The position numbers were made by a program, and so were the translations under genes. A stretch of DNA of 60,000 bases from contig OZ249436.1 of assembly GCA_965235115.1 (NCBI GenBank), positions 20,586,001 through 20,646,000 of the forward strand, in the 5' to 3' direction. Position 1 is the stretch's first letter; every line of letters begins with the position of its first letter. This document shows, piece after piece, positions 33,018 to 47,400 of this stretch. The stretch is from Laetmonice hystrix (taxonomy: Eukaryota). The notes under the pieces are model-generated. The model saw only the letters and a list, made by a program, of their open reading frames with translations. It did not search any database and was not told the origin of the DNA.

Positions 33018-36000
33018 ATGACTGACAAGGATAATGAAAACAACAAGACTAGAGGAGACAGCAAATCCCCACCACACTGTTCAGGTAAGTAGGCTATTAG
33101 GCCTAGGCCTATTGTCCTATTGAGTTTAACTCAGCTGCACACTTCCAGTCAGAAAAAAAATTCTTTCGCTAAATAATATAAACTGAGGAAAATGTTTTGG
33201 AATTAGGCCATCGATCCTAAGTGTCTTATAAATAACTATAGGGTCTAGGCTCTAACAAGCAGGATAGGCCTAGGACATATAGACTAGGGGGTCTTTTAGG
33301 TAGGCCCTATGTCTAGTAAGTTTATTTGTCAGCATTAAGTATTTCTAAACTTCTACTTTTAAACCACGTAGGCCCAGGGACCTAATTTTTTTTATTAACA
33401 AGTAGGCTATATAATAATTATGGAGACCTATCGTTGGCCTTAATTTTTCATAATTAGGCCTACCAGGGCATCCATACCAAGTTTTCACTGTATTACAATA
33501 ATAGTGTCACCTGCTGCACACCAATTTCATTAAATATGCTTCATAGGTGCTACAATTAGTAATTGTCACCTGCTGCACACCAATCAATGCGTGTAAATGC
33601 CTCTCGACACGTAAAGTGATGACGTTTATCATTTATCTCAGACCACCACCTGAGTGGCTATGACGCCGACGTGGAGACGACGCCAGAGGGCGCCGCACCG
33701 AGGCGCTGCTCGCCGGTTACCGCCAGGTGGTGCTCCGACGCCAGTCCGCCCCAGGCCCGCCGTCGGCGGCGCTGCAGGACGCTCTTCACGGACACCGACC
33801 TCCAACAAATGGAGGACGCCTTCCTGGCCGACCCTTACCCAGATATTCTACAGCGAGAGGCCTTGGCCGACCTTCTGGGTGTCACCGAGGATAGGATTCA
33901 GGTGCGGTTTATATACCACTGATAACCGTTATTAGCGGAAGAAGATATGTCTATATCGGGGGTCCAGAGCTCAGATTGCATGTTATTAAAACATTTACCA
34001 CATTGACTTTGTCCGTTGCAGATTTGGCCTGAAAGATTTGACCTCTTATAGGCCCTATATAATTATGTGCCTTTGGAAAATACAATCCCGATTACTATAC
34101 GATAAATCTACTCGTGCATAGATCTAGGCCTAGGTCTATAGGCGACTCCAGGGAAAGCCTTTTCGAGACATTTATTTCTTTTTCTTTCTCTTTTTTTAAT
34201 AAGGCCTAGATCTATACATTTCCTACTTGAACCCGGCTAGATCCGGTATGTTAAAGGCGTGTTCAGGGCCCGGTTCACAAACAAATTCAAGTCCATTTTA
34301 ATTGACTTGAAGTCAATTTTACTTGAATCTGATTGGTTAAAATGGATTTCAAGTTAATTAAAATTGACTTGACTTTGTTTGTGAACCGGGCCCTGGATCC
34401 GCCCCTGCCAACTTGTTTCCATGTAGGTCTATATAGAGAGACAGTGGCGGATCCAGATCAGGTTTTCACAGTAGTGTCTGGAAATATATTTCACTCCGTT
34501 CTGAGAGTTTATAGATCTATGTTGACCATGATATTTCCAGTAAAATCGCTCGCTTCAGCTGGCATTGCCAGGGTCAGTCGAAACTTCCGAGGCCATTTCC
34601 GGTTGAGAAAGAACCTCGGATGTATATCAGTCCCTATGATACAAACGTAAAACGTCTATGTGAGGAGACATCACCGCTCATGTTCTAACGCCCTGCTGCG
34701 TAGTTCCAACGTATGCCTACAGATCGCGGAAACTTATAGATCTGACACAAATTTAGTGCATTTTGGTTATCCGGTGGTATTGTAGCGGGATTTTAACACA
34801 AATTTCAGTTTCAACAACGTTGAAATCCGCGAATCCCCGGAAGATGTTCATCGGTACTCCTAGCGTCCATACTTGAGCTAGTAGAATCTATTATCTATGT
34901 TATGCGGCCACCATTTTAACTAAATCGGCCACGTGACTCCATCGAATCATGTGACTGGAAGTAGTTCAACATGTGGTTCGCGTGGTCGACTCGAGTTAAT
35001 CGGGCTAGTGGTGTTTCACGCGAACTGCCCAGTGTTGTAGCTCTAGTGACGTCATTTGACCTAGTTCGGTCCAACACGACCAACCCACCCCCTTGGCACG
35101 GATTGCTAGTGTTCCGATATGGCGAAGCTCCCATAAGTCATTGCGAATTGGGGCAGTCAAGGCAAGCTCAATGGGCACCGGTGGATAGGAGCGCCAACGG
35201 CCCCTATCGAGAGACCCGGAAACCATTGAAACTCTAGCTCGGAACACTAGTCGGTTCGTGTGACATGGGTTCATTAACATATTCATGAGCAACACTAGTG
35301 TTCCTAGAGTTACGCACGCGACGCTGATTGGACGAGCGCGGCATTGTGACCTAGAAACCTCGACCTTACTCTGGTCCTCTGCTCTAATGCCGGCTCCGCG
35401 AAGCGAGAGAGTCAGGGGACCCGTCTAGGCCACATCCAAATATGGGCAGTCAGGTCAGTGTGCTGACATCTGGTGGCATCAGCCGGCAGATGTATTTGTG
35501 CCCAGTCCGTATATCCAGATATAGGCCTGTATACGGATAGGAGGAATATGGTGGTCGAGTCTAGAGATGTTGCGATTGAGCCAGGGTAGCGCAGTAGAAT
35601 TTGGAACATCTCAGCACAAAGTAACGTCTGAAATGACATGTCTAAAGTGATATTTTTCAAGCTCTATACGTTATTTTTGATGGGGTTGGTTACAACACCC
35701 GGGACCCCCCCCCCCCCCTTGCAGCACGGAGCCTGGGAGGGGGGTCCAACATTGCAGTCCAGGCGACAGAAATATGGAGAGTGGGAATGCTGGCCCACGT
35801 ATAGACCCTATGCCAATGTCTCGACCATATGAGAGGCGGTGGCGGCGGTGGGGGAGGGGGGGGGGTATCTCCTGCCACCTGTCTGCCACCTGTTCTAAAG
35901 GTCGAAGGTCACTCGCATGTACGTGGAATCCTTATATCCACGTCATAATCCGATTATCCTCGACATCCGGGAACTCTTGCATTGACAGAATTTGATATTT

Positions 36001-36824
36001 TAAGCTGAACTCTGCTTGACCTCGTGTCCGTCGTACAAAGACAAGAACTGCTACTGTTTTTAATTAACGCCGTTTCATTATTTCAGGTATGGTTTCAGAA
36101 CAGGCGGTCCAAACGTAAACGACATCTATTGGGCGGAGGCTCTTCGCTCCCGGCAGAATCAAGCTATCATGGCGGGGCAGACAAACTGCGGCCAGTATGT
36201 CGGCCTAACTCTCAGGTATCACCAGGTAACGATCCCACTCTCAGGTGTCTCCGACAGCCGATTTGGACGGCGACAGACGCGGCGCTTGTGAACACCTGCT
36301 ACCCGCCGTACGGATTATGGACTGTACCTGGACACGTACCGTGGCGGCGGCCGTACGGCCTGACAGCGCCCGCCGTACCTGTCCCGACGCCCTACAGCCC
36401 GGTTAACTTCACTACGTCCAACCCAATCTACCTCGGCGGCCAAGCTCTCTTTCGCAGCGCAATTTCGCCATCCCCACTAACTGCCCGGCTTCCTCCATTT
36501 TGTACCTATCAATGTGACTCACTGACCGACCCTTACAGTAGGAGCTGGTCTGTCCAATCTGGTACGAAACTGATGACGCCAACAAGACAGGAAGTACATC
36601 AGAGGACGAGTTCAAGCGTCGGTGACGCCTATATATCGACTTCGCCCTCTGAAACGTCAACACCAGAACAAGATAGGGACAACTCAAGTAAACGGAGGAG
36701 CCAGCCTGCTGACCCCATTCATCGTGAAGTTAGCAGGAAATTCAAACCTAAACGACCTTGGGAAGATCACCCATCAGTATCTTCTATCCTGTCAAACGAA
36801 CAATCCGTGCTAAACATGCCTTAA
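33018..36824 (+). CDS. Divergent PRD-class (Q50 paired-like) homeobox protein (exons 33018-33084, 33642-33901, 36087-36824; ~354 aa)
   Basis: Homeodomain RRRRCRTLFTDTDLQQMEDAFLADPYPDILQREALADLLGVTEDRIQ|VWFQNRRSKRKR with the PRD-class intron between codons 46 and 47. The first exon is less certain. Confidence 0.88.
34267..34392. mobile_element. MITE, PIF/Harbinger-like, in homeobox intron 2
   Basis: CAG|GGCCCGGTTCACAAACAAATTCAAGTC ... GACTTGACTTTGTTTGTGAACCGGGCC|CTG. Confidence 0.8.
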
Positions 36825-37198
36825 TACCAACACTACTGAGAACTACTTTTTATGGCCGTCCATTCATCCGCACAAAAACTTCTTATCTTGTAACTTGGTG
36901 CCAGAATGGAAAGCCGGCTGCGCATGGACTAGATGTGTAGAGACCGAACTGGCGTGGTCAGACAAGTATGTGTCTTTGTGTACGTGTAAAAACAATCTAT
37001 TGAATTGGTGAGATAAGCTAAACATGATTTCTTTTATATCTTTGTCGGAACTGCATGGTATATGACGAATGTAATCCAGTCGCAACGCAATGAAATAAGT
37101 CTTGAGCTTGTTTTTGATTAGTCAATACCAAGCCAAGGTAATGGTGGCTGAGTAGGAAGTTCTCATTAATCGTTATCTTTTCCAAGTCCACATTTAAT

Positions 37199-37278
37199 AG
37201 AGAGAGATACCTAGTTAATGATAACTCTCAGTATCTTTTAGAGAGATACCTAGTTAATGATAACTCTCAGTATCTTTA
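37199..37278. repeat. Tandem duplication of ~39 bp
   Basis: AGAGAGATACCTAGTTAATGATAACTCTCAGTATCTTT occurs twice. Confidence 0.85.
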
Positions 37279-37509
37279 AGATTGGATCCATTTACAAATG
37301 GCTGAACGCAGAATGTATGGGTCTTAATGAGACATTCAGATAGGACGTTTTTTGATTATATATTATATTATATTGACGTAAAGATCATGTTGAGGATAAA
37401 ATATAAATGCCTTTAGCATTAACTCCTCCTAGAAATATATTCAGACCAAATCCTAATGGTTGTAGTGATCGACACAAAATCATACCGTATCAAACCTGAC
37501 TCTAAATCT

Positions 37510-37912
37510 CATGAAACCATGCATTTCCATATACTACTTACTGAGACTTCTGGCCATGAAACCAAACATTTCCATGTACTACTTACTGAGACTGTCTGGC
37601 CATGAAACCAAACATTTCCATGTACTACTTACTGAGAGTGTCTGGCCATGAAACCAAGCATTTCCATATACTACTTACTGAGACTTCTGGCCATGAAACC
37701 AAACATTTCCATGTACTACTTACTGAGACTGTCTGGCCATGAAACCAAACATTTCCATGTACTACTTACTGAGACTGTCTGGCCATGAAACCAAACATAT
37801 CCATGTACTACTTACTGAGACTGTCTTGCCATGAAACCAAACATTTCCATGTACTACTTACTGAGACTCTTTGGCCATGAAGTCAAGCATTTCTATGTAC
37901 TACTTACTGAGA
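37510..37912. repeat. 45-46-bp minisatellite (~9 copies)
   Basis: Unit CATGAAACCAAACATTTCCATGTACTACTTACTGAGACTGTCTGGC. Confidence 0.95.
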
Positions 37913-39398
37913 CATGACACCAAGCCTGAGTCGCCAGCTCGAGTGAATCGGAGCTCTCCAAGTGAGGCCAGAGTTATTCATATCAATAAACCTTGCCTGT
38001 TGTAGTTATAGCCTGATTCTTAGTCTCATTTCCATGTACTACTTACGAAAGACTGCCTGGGTCCAAGCTTGACGACATGTGAAAGTAAAGGTTCCAGTCG
38101 ATAACTCTTCTACAAAACTGAATTCTAAGAATTTAGGGAGTACTGGCCTGGTTGTATCCCATCCCATTAAAACTAAACCTGTTTCCTCAGGTAATTATGG
38201 GATTTCTAAAACGCACTGTATGCCTTCATTTAGGGACACATGGCAATCCAGCGAGCATTGAGTACAGACTGAACCCATGATATTGAACATTTATGCGAAA
38301 GCCATCCCTGGCGATGTACATTATGAGTAAATTACTTTGGACATCGGTATAATGGGTGGACCCAGAGCGCGATGTCGAGACGTCAAGAACATTTACCTAC
38401 TGAATTATTTCAAAGCGATAGCGAGTGTGGCGGAGTGCATTGTGTGTGCAGGCGCCGAGTCGATTCGCGCATATCTCGGGGAAATTGTCGCATTACTCCC
38501 GACCGTACCGGCATGTGTGCTTAAGTCGGCAGATACCAGCGGTATTACGAATATATGGCTGGCTTACACACAGTCTTCACTGCTTTACAGACAGGAAATC
38601 CGACAAGGAAAATAAATAAAACGAATAGGCTCGCTTACAAGGCACGCTTTATGTCAGAGTAAAAGAGGATAAATGTCATCAGTAAAGTGGGGCTGTGGCA
38701 GAGAGCTAGATCTCGACCCCGATAAAAGGCGACCCTTTATTGGCACGTCTTAGTGCAGGCTGACGGCCACTAGTCCACCGAGGTTGACTGGTGACCGTGG
38801 CTGGTATACGGCAGACAATGCGTGCAGCTCTGTGCCTGTAGCTCGCTGAGACTGGTATCCACTGCCTACACGTCGGGAGGAGAAGGCAGTTAGTGGGAGA
38901 CGGAGGATTTCCTCAACGATATCAGTCATTGTCGCCTTGCAGCTGGTGCTATTTTACCGCTGGTGCTGGTTTGTGGTGCTGGTGCTGGAACCGCTGGTGC
39001 TGGCGGTGGTGGTGGTGGCGGTATTGGTTAAAACGAGAGAGAGTGAGCAGATGCTGTTGACGCATAATTGTTTGAGGGTGTCTCCCCACTTGGCTGGAAT
39101 TCACGGATGGTAATGACGGTGGCGATGCTACTCCTCCCGTCACCAACACACCGCTCAGCACGTCGCATTGACCCACACACCTTCCTCCAGCGTCGGTTCC
39201 TCCATGCTCCGAGATATTAGCCCGGTGCCGGTGGTATTTAAGGGTTCGTGCTCCGTGATGGCCTGATTGGCGGGTCATAGATTAAGTCTACCACGTAACA
39301 AGGAAGAGACGGTGTATAGCTACACCATACGGTATACATTACACATTGATTACGTCTCAGGCCTGTCACCCTGCGTCTGAACTACTCGACTCGTGACA

Positions 39399-39824
39399 AT
39401 GGTTGGCGGAACACGACCTATGATCAGGACGAGTCACGAGGCCCGGCGGAGATCGAGCGTGGCCGTGATGAGTGTCACGCCAGACCAGCTCCAGTACCTG
39501 AGCGTGACGGGCACCGACCCGCACGGCCGCCCGCCATCCCCCGACAACAGGCGGCCTTCGTTCGGATCGGACGGGAAGATGACGCCACCCTCCCCCCTCC
39601 CCGGCTCCCGGAGGGGCTCGTACGTCGGCCCGCCACTGCCCAACGGCAGCCCTTCTCCAGCACGTAGGAAGTCGGCCTTCAAGGACGGCAAACCGCCTCT
39701 CAGACGTTTTGACACTTTTAACATGGAGCTCAAGAACAGTAGAATTATCATCACGTTGATAATAGTCTGTGGATGCTGCCTGCTGGTGGCTGTCGTTTCC
39801 TATGCGGTCAGATCCTATCTGTGA
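39399..39824 (+). CDS. Small uncharacterised tail-anchored membrane protein, paralogue A (~141 aa)
   Basis: Single coding exon after acceptor gtctcag (39360); GC-rich codon usage; C-terminal hydrophobic segment IIITLIIVCGCCLLVAVVSYAV; amino-acid-level similarity to 54555-54950. Confidence 0.8.
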   Translation: MVGGTRPMIRTSHEARRRSSVAVMSVTPDQLQYLSVTGTDPHGRPPSPDNRRPSFGSDGKMTPPSPLPGSRRGSYVGPPLPNGSPSPARRKSAFKDGKPPLRRFDTFNMELKNSRIIITLIIVCGCCLLVAVVSYAVRSYL

Positions 39825-40544
39825 TACTGTTTCATGGTCAGAAAAAAATACAAGGAGCTGGAAAGCAAAAGCAACTACCGTATTCGGGCTTCTACATGTT
39901 TCTCTGAAGGACTTGCTTGAACTAGTCGCCCGTCTTGGAACCTGTATACACCTGTTGATATAGTGACTGATCTCCTATAAACGTTATGCAGCCAGTGATA
40001 TACGAACATAAGGAATATGCAAATAAGGTCAAGTCATGACGGAACTATATTCTCATTCCTGATTCACAGACTGCAAAGACCTACTATTTTACTTCGCATG
40101 ACGTATGATGGCAATATAATGTGCAGAGGCTTATTACATGTCCGTAAAAAAAACCGTCGCTATATACTCCCTTAACGAACGCGAGGACGGAAAGCAAGAG
40201 TGTACAGTAGCAGACCTACCTCCAACACAATGGTCACGTATCTAGGACGTAACGCTATATGAGAACTAACGTTGACGGACTCGCTTCACGTAATATTAGG
40301 ACACGGAAGGTGTTTGTATGAGGCGTGACGGTATCTGGTGCTTCCTGGTAACAAATCTTTCGTCTGTACGCATTGCACACACAGGCTTACATGTACATAA
40401 AGCCTAGATGGAAAAGTCCGAACATGTATACATACTTACAGATAGGCCTGCATGCATAGGCCTACATACATAATATACAAACGTGAAGAAGTCTATACAT
40501 TCATACATGTAGACTACATGCATAGCCTACAACATAAATGATTT

Positions 40545-41480
40545 ACATACCTAGTCCACTAAAAGCCTCCATGTACACCCACACATACGTACCTAGTCCA
40601 CTACAAGCCTCCATGTACACCATACATACCTAGTCCACTACAAGCCTCCATGTACACCCACACATACATACCTAGTCCACTGCAAGCCTCCATGTGCACC
40701 CACACATACATACTTACTCCACTACAAGCCTCCATATGCACCCACACATACATACCTAGTCCACTACAAGCCTCCATGTACACCATACATACCTTGTCCA
40801 CTACAAGCCTCCATATACACCCACACATACATACCTAGTCCACTGCAAGCCTCCATGTGCACCCACACATACATACCTACTCCACTACAAGCCTCCATGT
40901 GCACCCTCACATACATACCTAGTCCACTACAAGCCTCCATGTGCACCCACACATACATACCTAGTCCACTACAAGCCTCCATGTACACCCACATATACCT
41001 AGTCCACTACAAGCCTCCATGTACACCCACACATACATACCTAGTCCACTACAAGCCTCCATGTACACCCACACATACCTAGTCCACTACAAGGCTCCAT
41101 GTACACCCACACATACATACCTAGGCCCCTACAAGCCTCCATGTACACCTATACATACCTAGTCCACTATACAAGCCTCCATGTACAGCCACACATACAT
41201 ACCTAGTCCACTACAAGCCTCCATGTACAGCCACACATACATACCTAGTCCACTACAAGCCTCCATGTACACCCACACATACTTGTCCACTACAAGCCTC
41301 CATGTACACCCACACATACTAGTCCACTACAAGCCTCCATGTACACCCACACATACATACCTAGTCCACTATACAAGCCTCCATGTACACCCACACATAG
41401 ATACCTAGTCCACTACAAGCCTCCATGTACACCCACCCATACATACCTAGTCCACTACAAGCCTCCATGTACACCCATGT
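40545..41480. repeat. 38-44-bp minisatellite (~22 copies)
   Basis: Unit ATACATACCTAGTCCACTACAAGCCTCCATGTACACCCACAC. Confidence 0.96.
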
Positions 41481-44400
41481 ATAGATCTGCATGCCTAGGC
41501 CCTACAAACCTCCATACATATAGTGGTCAACAGGGTTCTATTAGATCACAAGGTCTGCACTTCAGTGTCGTATTATACCTTCCAGTAGTCAGTAGCGACT
41601 GCGTTTAACAAAATTATACAAAACTATTTTCTTAAATATATATATGTAAACACACAGCACTAAACACCTCAGCAGTTTATGTATTATAGTTTACTCTGTT
41701 TTAAAGATTACTATGTAGATTGCCAGAATATACTTGAATGCAATATGTAAAATAAGTGCACGTAGTTAGTGCCCTGCTGGCCGGGAGCGCCATGATGTAT
41801 TATATAGTGATATTTCTGTCCGAGGGCGTTCTACAACACCATAAACGACATTAGAGCCTCGTTATTATCTCCTTCTCTGTGACTGGCAAGTAAACTCTAC
41901 ACATCTACTTAGTGTTGTTTTTATTACAATTTCCTTATGGCGTCCAATCAATCCGTCCCATGGCGTGGAGTTGTATCTCAAATTGCAGCGTGTATGAACC
42001 AGATATCAGATGGATTCATTAAGGAGATTGTGAAGCGTACATTGTTTGCCTATTGTCCCTGCAGATTTTAAGTTAATCCCGATATGCACACATGAACTAA
42101 CATTTATACCTATAGATCTATAAAGTATACACAAAGGTATATTTCCTTAGTGCATATACTGAGTTCACGAGGACGAACGTCTCCACATGAAGATATATGT
42201 GTATAATATATGTATCTGTCCAAATCTAAACTCTAAATGCTAAAATACTAAAATACTTACTCAATATCAATTAAAACCGATTCATATCGACATGTTGGTG
42301 TCGGTTTTTGCCTCAAGAGCAGGCATACATTTTAATCAAGTCTAGAACATTACACTGATCCACTGGAAAGATTAGTCTTCGTGATAAAATCTCTCTTGTA
42401 CCATTTGACAATCTGCCATGCCCATCGCGAGGAGTTGACATTTTCTTTTCACATAAATTGGGCCCATTAGCATCTAAAAATATTGAGTTATTCCCCGCGC
42501 GCGCCCAGAAAGGACTGTCGGGATTTCTATTGTCGACAACATTCTATAGTGCGCTATATTTCCTTCTCGCCGACAACTCGTCTATATAAAGATTCCACTA
42601 TGTTCACGTCTTCGGTTCAGCATGTGAGTGCTTGATTCCGAAATAAATTTAAGCATTTTCTTCGATACTGCCCTGCCGTAGCCACCAACGGAAAATGACG
42701 GTTCTGTCTTAAGTTCTTACTGGATAAAAGCTAGGTAATAAACGTTGCACAGAAACTCTTTAACAGATGATTCCGTTGAAAGCGCTAATTTTCTACGATT
42801 TTGTATGTTCAGGTATAAAACTGAGTTGTTACCAAACCACACAAATAACACAAAAATTACTTGGCAAACTTCAGGAAATGTTTTCCATCAAACTTGTGGA
42901 TTAGCCTTAGTTGAGGTTTTATATCTAAGAGAGAAAAGGCATGCAAAAATAAAATATGAAATGCTACTCAAGTCTTGATAATTACCGGTAAGAAAAATGG
43001 TAATCGGCATGCCAAAGACCAGTTTGTCGTGCATAATGATGCCAACTTTCCCAAGGCAATTCCAAGGCCATTCTCCTCTGTCTTTATCAAGGAAGCTCTC
43101 CCTCCGCAGGTTCCTTCGTCAATCACATACGTTATCTAGAGTTACCTAATCATCTCCGTGATGATCTGGTGATAAGAAGTCTTTTAAGTAGCGATGCAAA
43201 CCCCTCGGAGCTACTTACCACCCTGATAGGGCGATGTACATGAATGGGATGTTGAGATCAAACAGAACGGGTGCTGTGATACGACCACCGTCCCCAACAC
43301 TATACATTCATTACGAGAATTGTCGAGTTCCCAGGCCGCCATTACTATCTCCTGTTCGCGTCGCTTGCTGCCAGGGCCATAGATTTATGAGATTACCCCT
43401 CAGTTCTAATACAGTGGTTCCGTGGTTCAACTTATTACATGATATTTGGCTGAAATAACACATTCTAATGCTCCCATATAAAACTCTAAAATCTGAGGGG
43501 AAAGGTACAGATCAGTGATCTTTGTTTTAAGAAGCGGTATGAGGCCCTCTAAACTGCTGAAAATGTAAAGAAAAAGAACTCGCAATGTTTTTTTCTGATT
43601 TGCTTCAATAACAGAGATGCGTCTAACAGGAAAATATTATTTTGAAGGGGAAAAAGAAGAAGAGAAAGCAATGCGTTTAGTCCTGTCAGCTTCTGTCGGT
43701 CTTGTATCTGAACGCTGCACAAATGTCAAAAACAAATGAAACACAGTGGTCGGCGTAATTAGTGAATGGTATAATCATAATGACGGCAGGACGATTGTAT
43801 ATGTAAAATTACATCCTTATTGTAATCTGAGCTTTACACAGGAACTATTGGACAGAACACAATATGGGCACTTCACATTTCTGAACGATGACAAGAATAA
43901 AACTGCTGAGCCGCCATGACGTGCGCCATGGCGACAAATAGAACACAATGTGGTCGAGTTGATATAAAGAGTGACCCAGGAAAATTCAGGATGGGAGTTT
44001 ACATAGTACTTCTACCTACTATTCATAATAATTAATTTCAACCCTTTTCAACACACAGGTACATAATGTGTGTACACATTTACTACATAGGAGCGTTCGT
44101 TTACGACATTATAGTACTCTCTTTGCTCCCCAAAATTTATTATATAATAAATAATGAAATATTTCATGCTGAATTTAGCTGGGTCACCCTATTATCGTAT
44201 CCGGGACGTGGATAATGAGAAAAGTGGCAAACACATGATTATAAAGGTTCGGTTATTATTGCAATGGTTACTATGGTAACTATAGGTGTCAAGGCTCGAA
44301 TTAAATTAAATCGCTTGGGTCGAAATGATCAAGGACCTATTTTGTTGATCTCACCCCTCCCCCCCCCCCCGCCCCCGCTCTTACCCGCGAACTAGGACTA

Positions 44401-47400
44401 TACTGTAAAAGGCGCACGCACGAGCCGACCGTGGGGATTTGGTTCCAAATCTCGTGTAGCAACCAAATCGCCTACAGCAACCAATCAGGTACCTCATTCT
44501 CACGTGACCCTAGGCAGGGTGTCATCTTTTAAATCTTTCCAGCCGAGCGAGTAGCAGGCTTATAGAGGCGGGTACCAGAGCTGGGTTCAGCGTTATCTCT
44601 CTCCACATCAATATTACAAGGTAAACTGTCTTTACACCTGACCGTCAAGTCGCTTCTGAAGAATACTCATTGACGCTGCATGGCTATCATTCACTTTTTG
44701 TCTCTAACCATGCATTTAATCTAATTTAATTTATGAGTTATGTATGAGTTAAACGATACAATAGCCATACTCGTTTCCATAACCCCCCAACTCATTTTCA
44801 TAAACGATGTCGGCTTCAGCACAGCGGTTCGTAAGTGTATCTTATAATACACGACAACGCCACATAAATAATGTGTCATCTCTCAACATGGTCTGCCGAC
44901 GAAATGGATAATACGGCAGGGATGCCAACGTTGGCAGATTATACAGCGAGATGAACAATCTGGAAAGGGAACAATTCGCCGGAAGCCACATTGGATGTCA
45001 TATTTGATTATTGCCACAATCACCGCAAGTCGCCGAATTGACTGAGGACTAATCCCATGCATGTCCTTGGGTATAGCTCTGAGTGAAAGAATAAAACATT
45101 TCTGCTTCAGGCTCCAGGGCCCAAGTTTTAATAATCACTCCATCAACAATACTCTCAATTGTAATTTAGTTTTTGGAAAATCTGGTTGTAACCAAGTCGA
45201 TGCTGCTCTCATCCTGCCTGTCCCTATGGGTCATGATAGAATGGAACAACCTTTGACGACTGACTCTCTAAGTCCGGGCTGGTTTGCTGTTTGTGTATCG
45301 CAAACATTAATTGTATTTTAATGACTACTGACTAGATATTTGTTAGGTAAAGATAATTATGTCGGTTTTACATTGGCCCCAACGATGTCGATCAATCCGT
45401 AGATCTAGGATTTCTTTTGATAGGTGTCTAATGATATACGGAACCATCACGCCCCCACAGATATAAAGTGATTGTGGTATGCATACTAATTTCATCCCGA
45501 CAGGCCTACTAATTCCATTCCCGACTTGGTTCAATTATAGGGACGCACTTAACGCCAACGATTGTTAGTGCTTGTGTGGATTATGAGTTCGATCGATCGT
45601 AAAATCGTTGGATATTGAAGGTTGCGCGGGGGAAAGTATCAAGGAACTTTATTACTTTTGGTGGATTCTTTTATAAAGCCAGAATGACAGGTATTGATGA
45701 ATCATCCCTGGCGACCGAAGGATTATTTAAAGTAAAATAAATATGGTTACTAAACATTCCATTATATTCAAAACGACTTTGCTATTAAATGACAAAAGAA
45801 GGCTACGAAATGCAGGCGTGCCTTGAAGACAAAACTATCAGAGTTGGTCACATTGCCGATCATTGTCCAGATTGACAGCCCGGGGTGACACTATCAGTAA
45901 AACTCCGCTCCCAATCCCCTATAATTACCGTACCCCTGTCGTCAGATTGGGCGCGGCTTTCCATCACCCCATAGTCACGACGGTGACGTGTTAGCTTAAG
46001 GACGAAATCTACGTCTCGGCGATTGCCTCATGGACGAGGTAATATGCCAGCTAACGAGGTCAAACACAGCCATTCTATCACACTTATAAACGTCACGTTC
46101 TCACAGAGAGGCGACACTGGTTTCCAAATCACTCCGTCTACTGAAAGCCTATCACGTGACTGCTATGCGCGCAGACGGCGTACGTATTTGGGTTTATAAA
46201 TCTGATGAAGGAAGGAAAGCAGTGAAATCGTTCTCATACTGGAGAGAGTATCGTGAAGGGGTGAATAACGACTACCTCCTCTTGATAATCTACGACGCAC
46301 GCGGGCCAGCCTGATTGCAAATCCAGACTAAAATGATAGATCTGAGCGAGGACCATTGCTTGTGGCAACCGTATATCTCGAGGAGGTGTCCGTTTTTTCT
46401 ATATTATCGTTTTCCTGTATTGATTTTCTGAAATAAAATCCGCCAAGGCCCGGCCCACGTCGGTGGTCACATTTGATGTGACCCCACACATCGGTTTCCA
46501 GCCCCCTATCCGAGATGGTTTTACATTGGCGAGAACTGACCCCCTGACCCCATGGAGATTTATTAGGCTCCGGTCTCCAGGCAGGAGGAAGTCTTGATGT
46601 GTTTAATGTCATGGTGCCCCGCACAATCTTAAAGGGAAGTATGGAACCTTTTTAATATCAGATTCTATTTCGTAAATAACGCTGACCAAAGACAAACATT
46701 ACAAATCAAAAAGAAAACTATGCTTTTCATTGCGTATCATTGGGACATACGACAACAATGCATTGAAGCGTATAGATCTAAATCAATTATGAGTACAGGC
46801 TACATACAAAAGGTAGGCCTATATTTCATCATTCGTACGATGAATCCCCTCCCTCTCCACATGCTCGCATGAATTCAATCAGTTCAGACGCCGTCTAGTT
46901 GGCGATAGGATTTGAGCGGCCGGTTTTCCGAACTGAAACTGCGCACTCGATTTGGTCTCCTCGTGATCCGATTACCGCCATGTTCGGCGTGCATGAAACC
47001 AATAGATTAACACAATTTACATAAGGGTCCAACCCTAATGGAGCTGGGATGCCGTCTTTATTGGACTACCTCTAGTGTTTCAAGTTTGACAATATTTTAA
47101 TATTATATCAATGACTTCTTGTAATTCTCCCTAATAACATTTCTACATTTACACTGATCGCTTCTCTGGTGTGCAATAATAACCAATCTACATTCTTTGA
47201 TATGAAGATATGATTAACGGTAATTCTGAAATGTTAATGATATGATAATAACTTTAGAGATCCAGATTATGAGGTTATGCCGTGCACTAAAATAAACAGG
47301 GTCTCCTTCCATCCATGTGTGTCAGTCTCCCAGGATTTATCATACTTCATTACGGTTGTTAAGTTGGTTATGTTGCAGTTATCTCGTCACAGAGACCTTT

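Noticed and set aside
40601..41608. Repetitive ORFs in the minisatellites (also 10825-12210, 49259-49679, 50078-51010 and 53029-53724)
   Set aside because: They are open only because the repeat unit lacks stops in some frames. They appear on both strands and have no splice or domain support.
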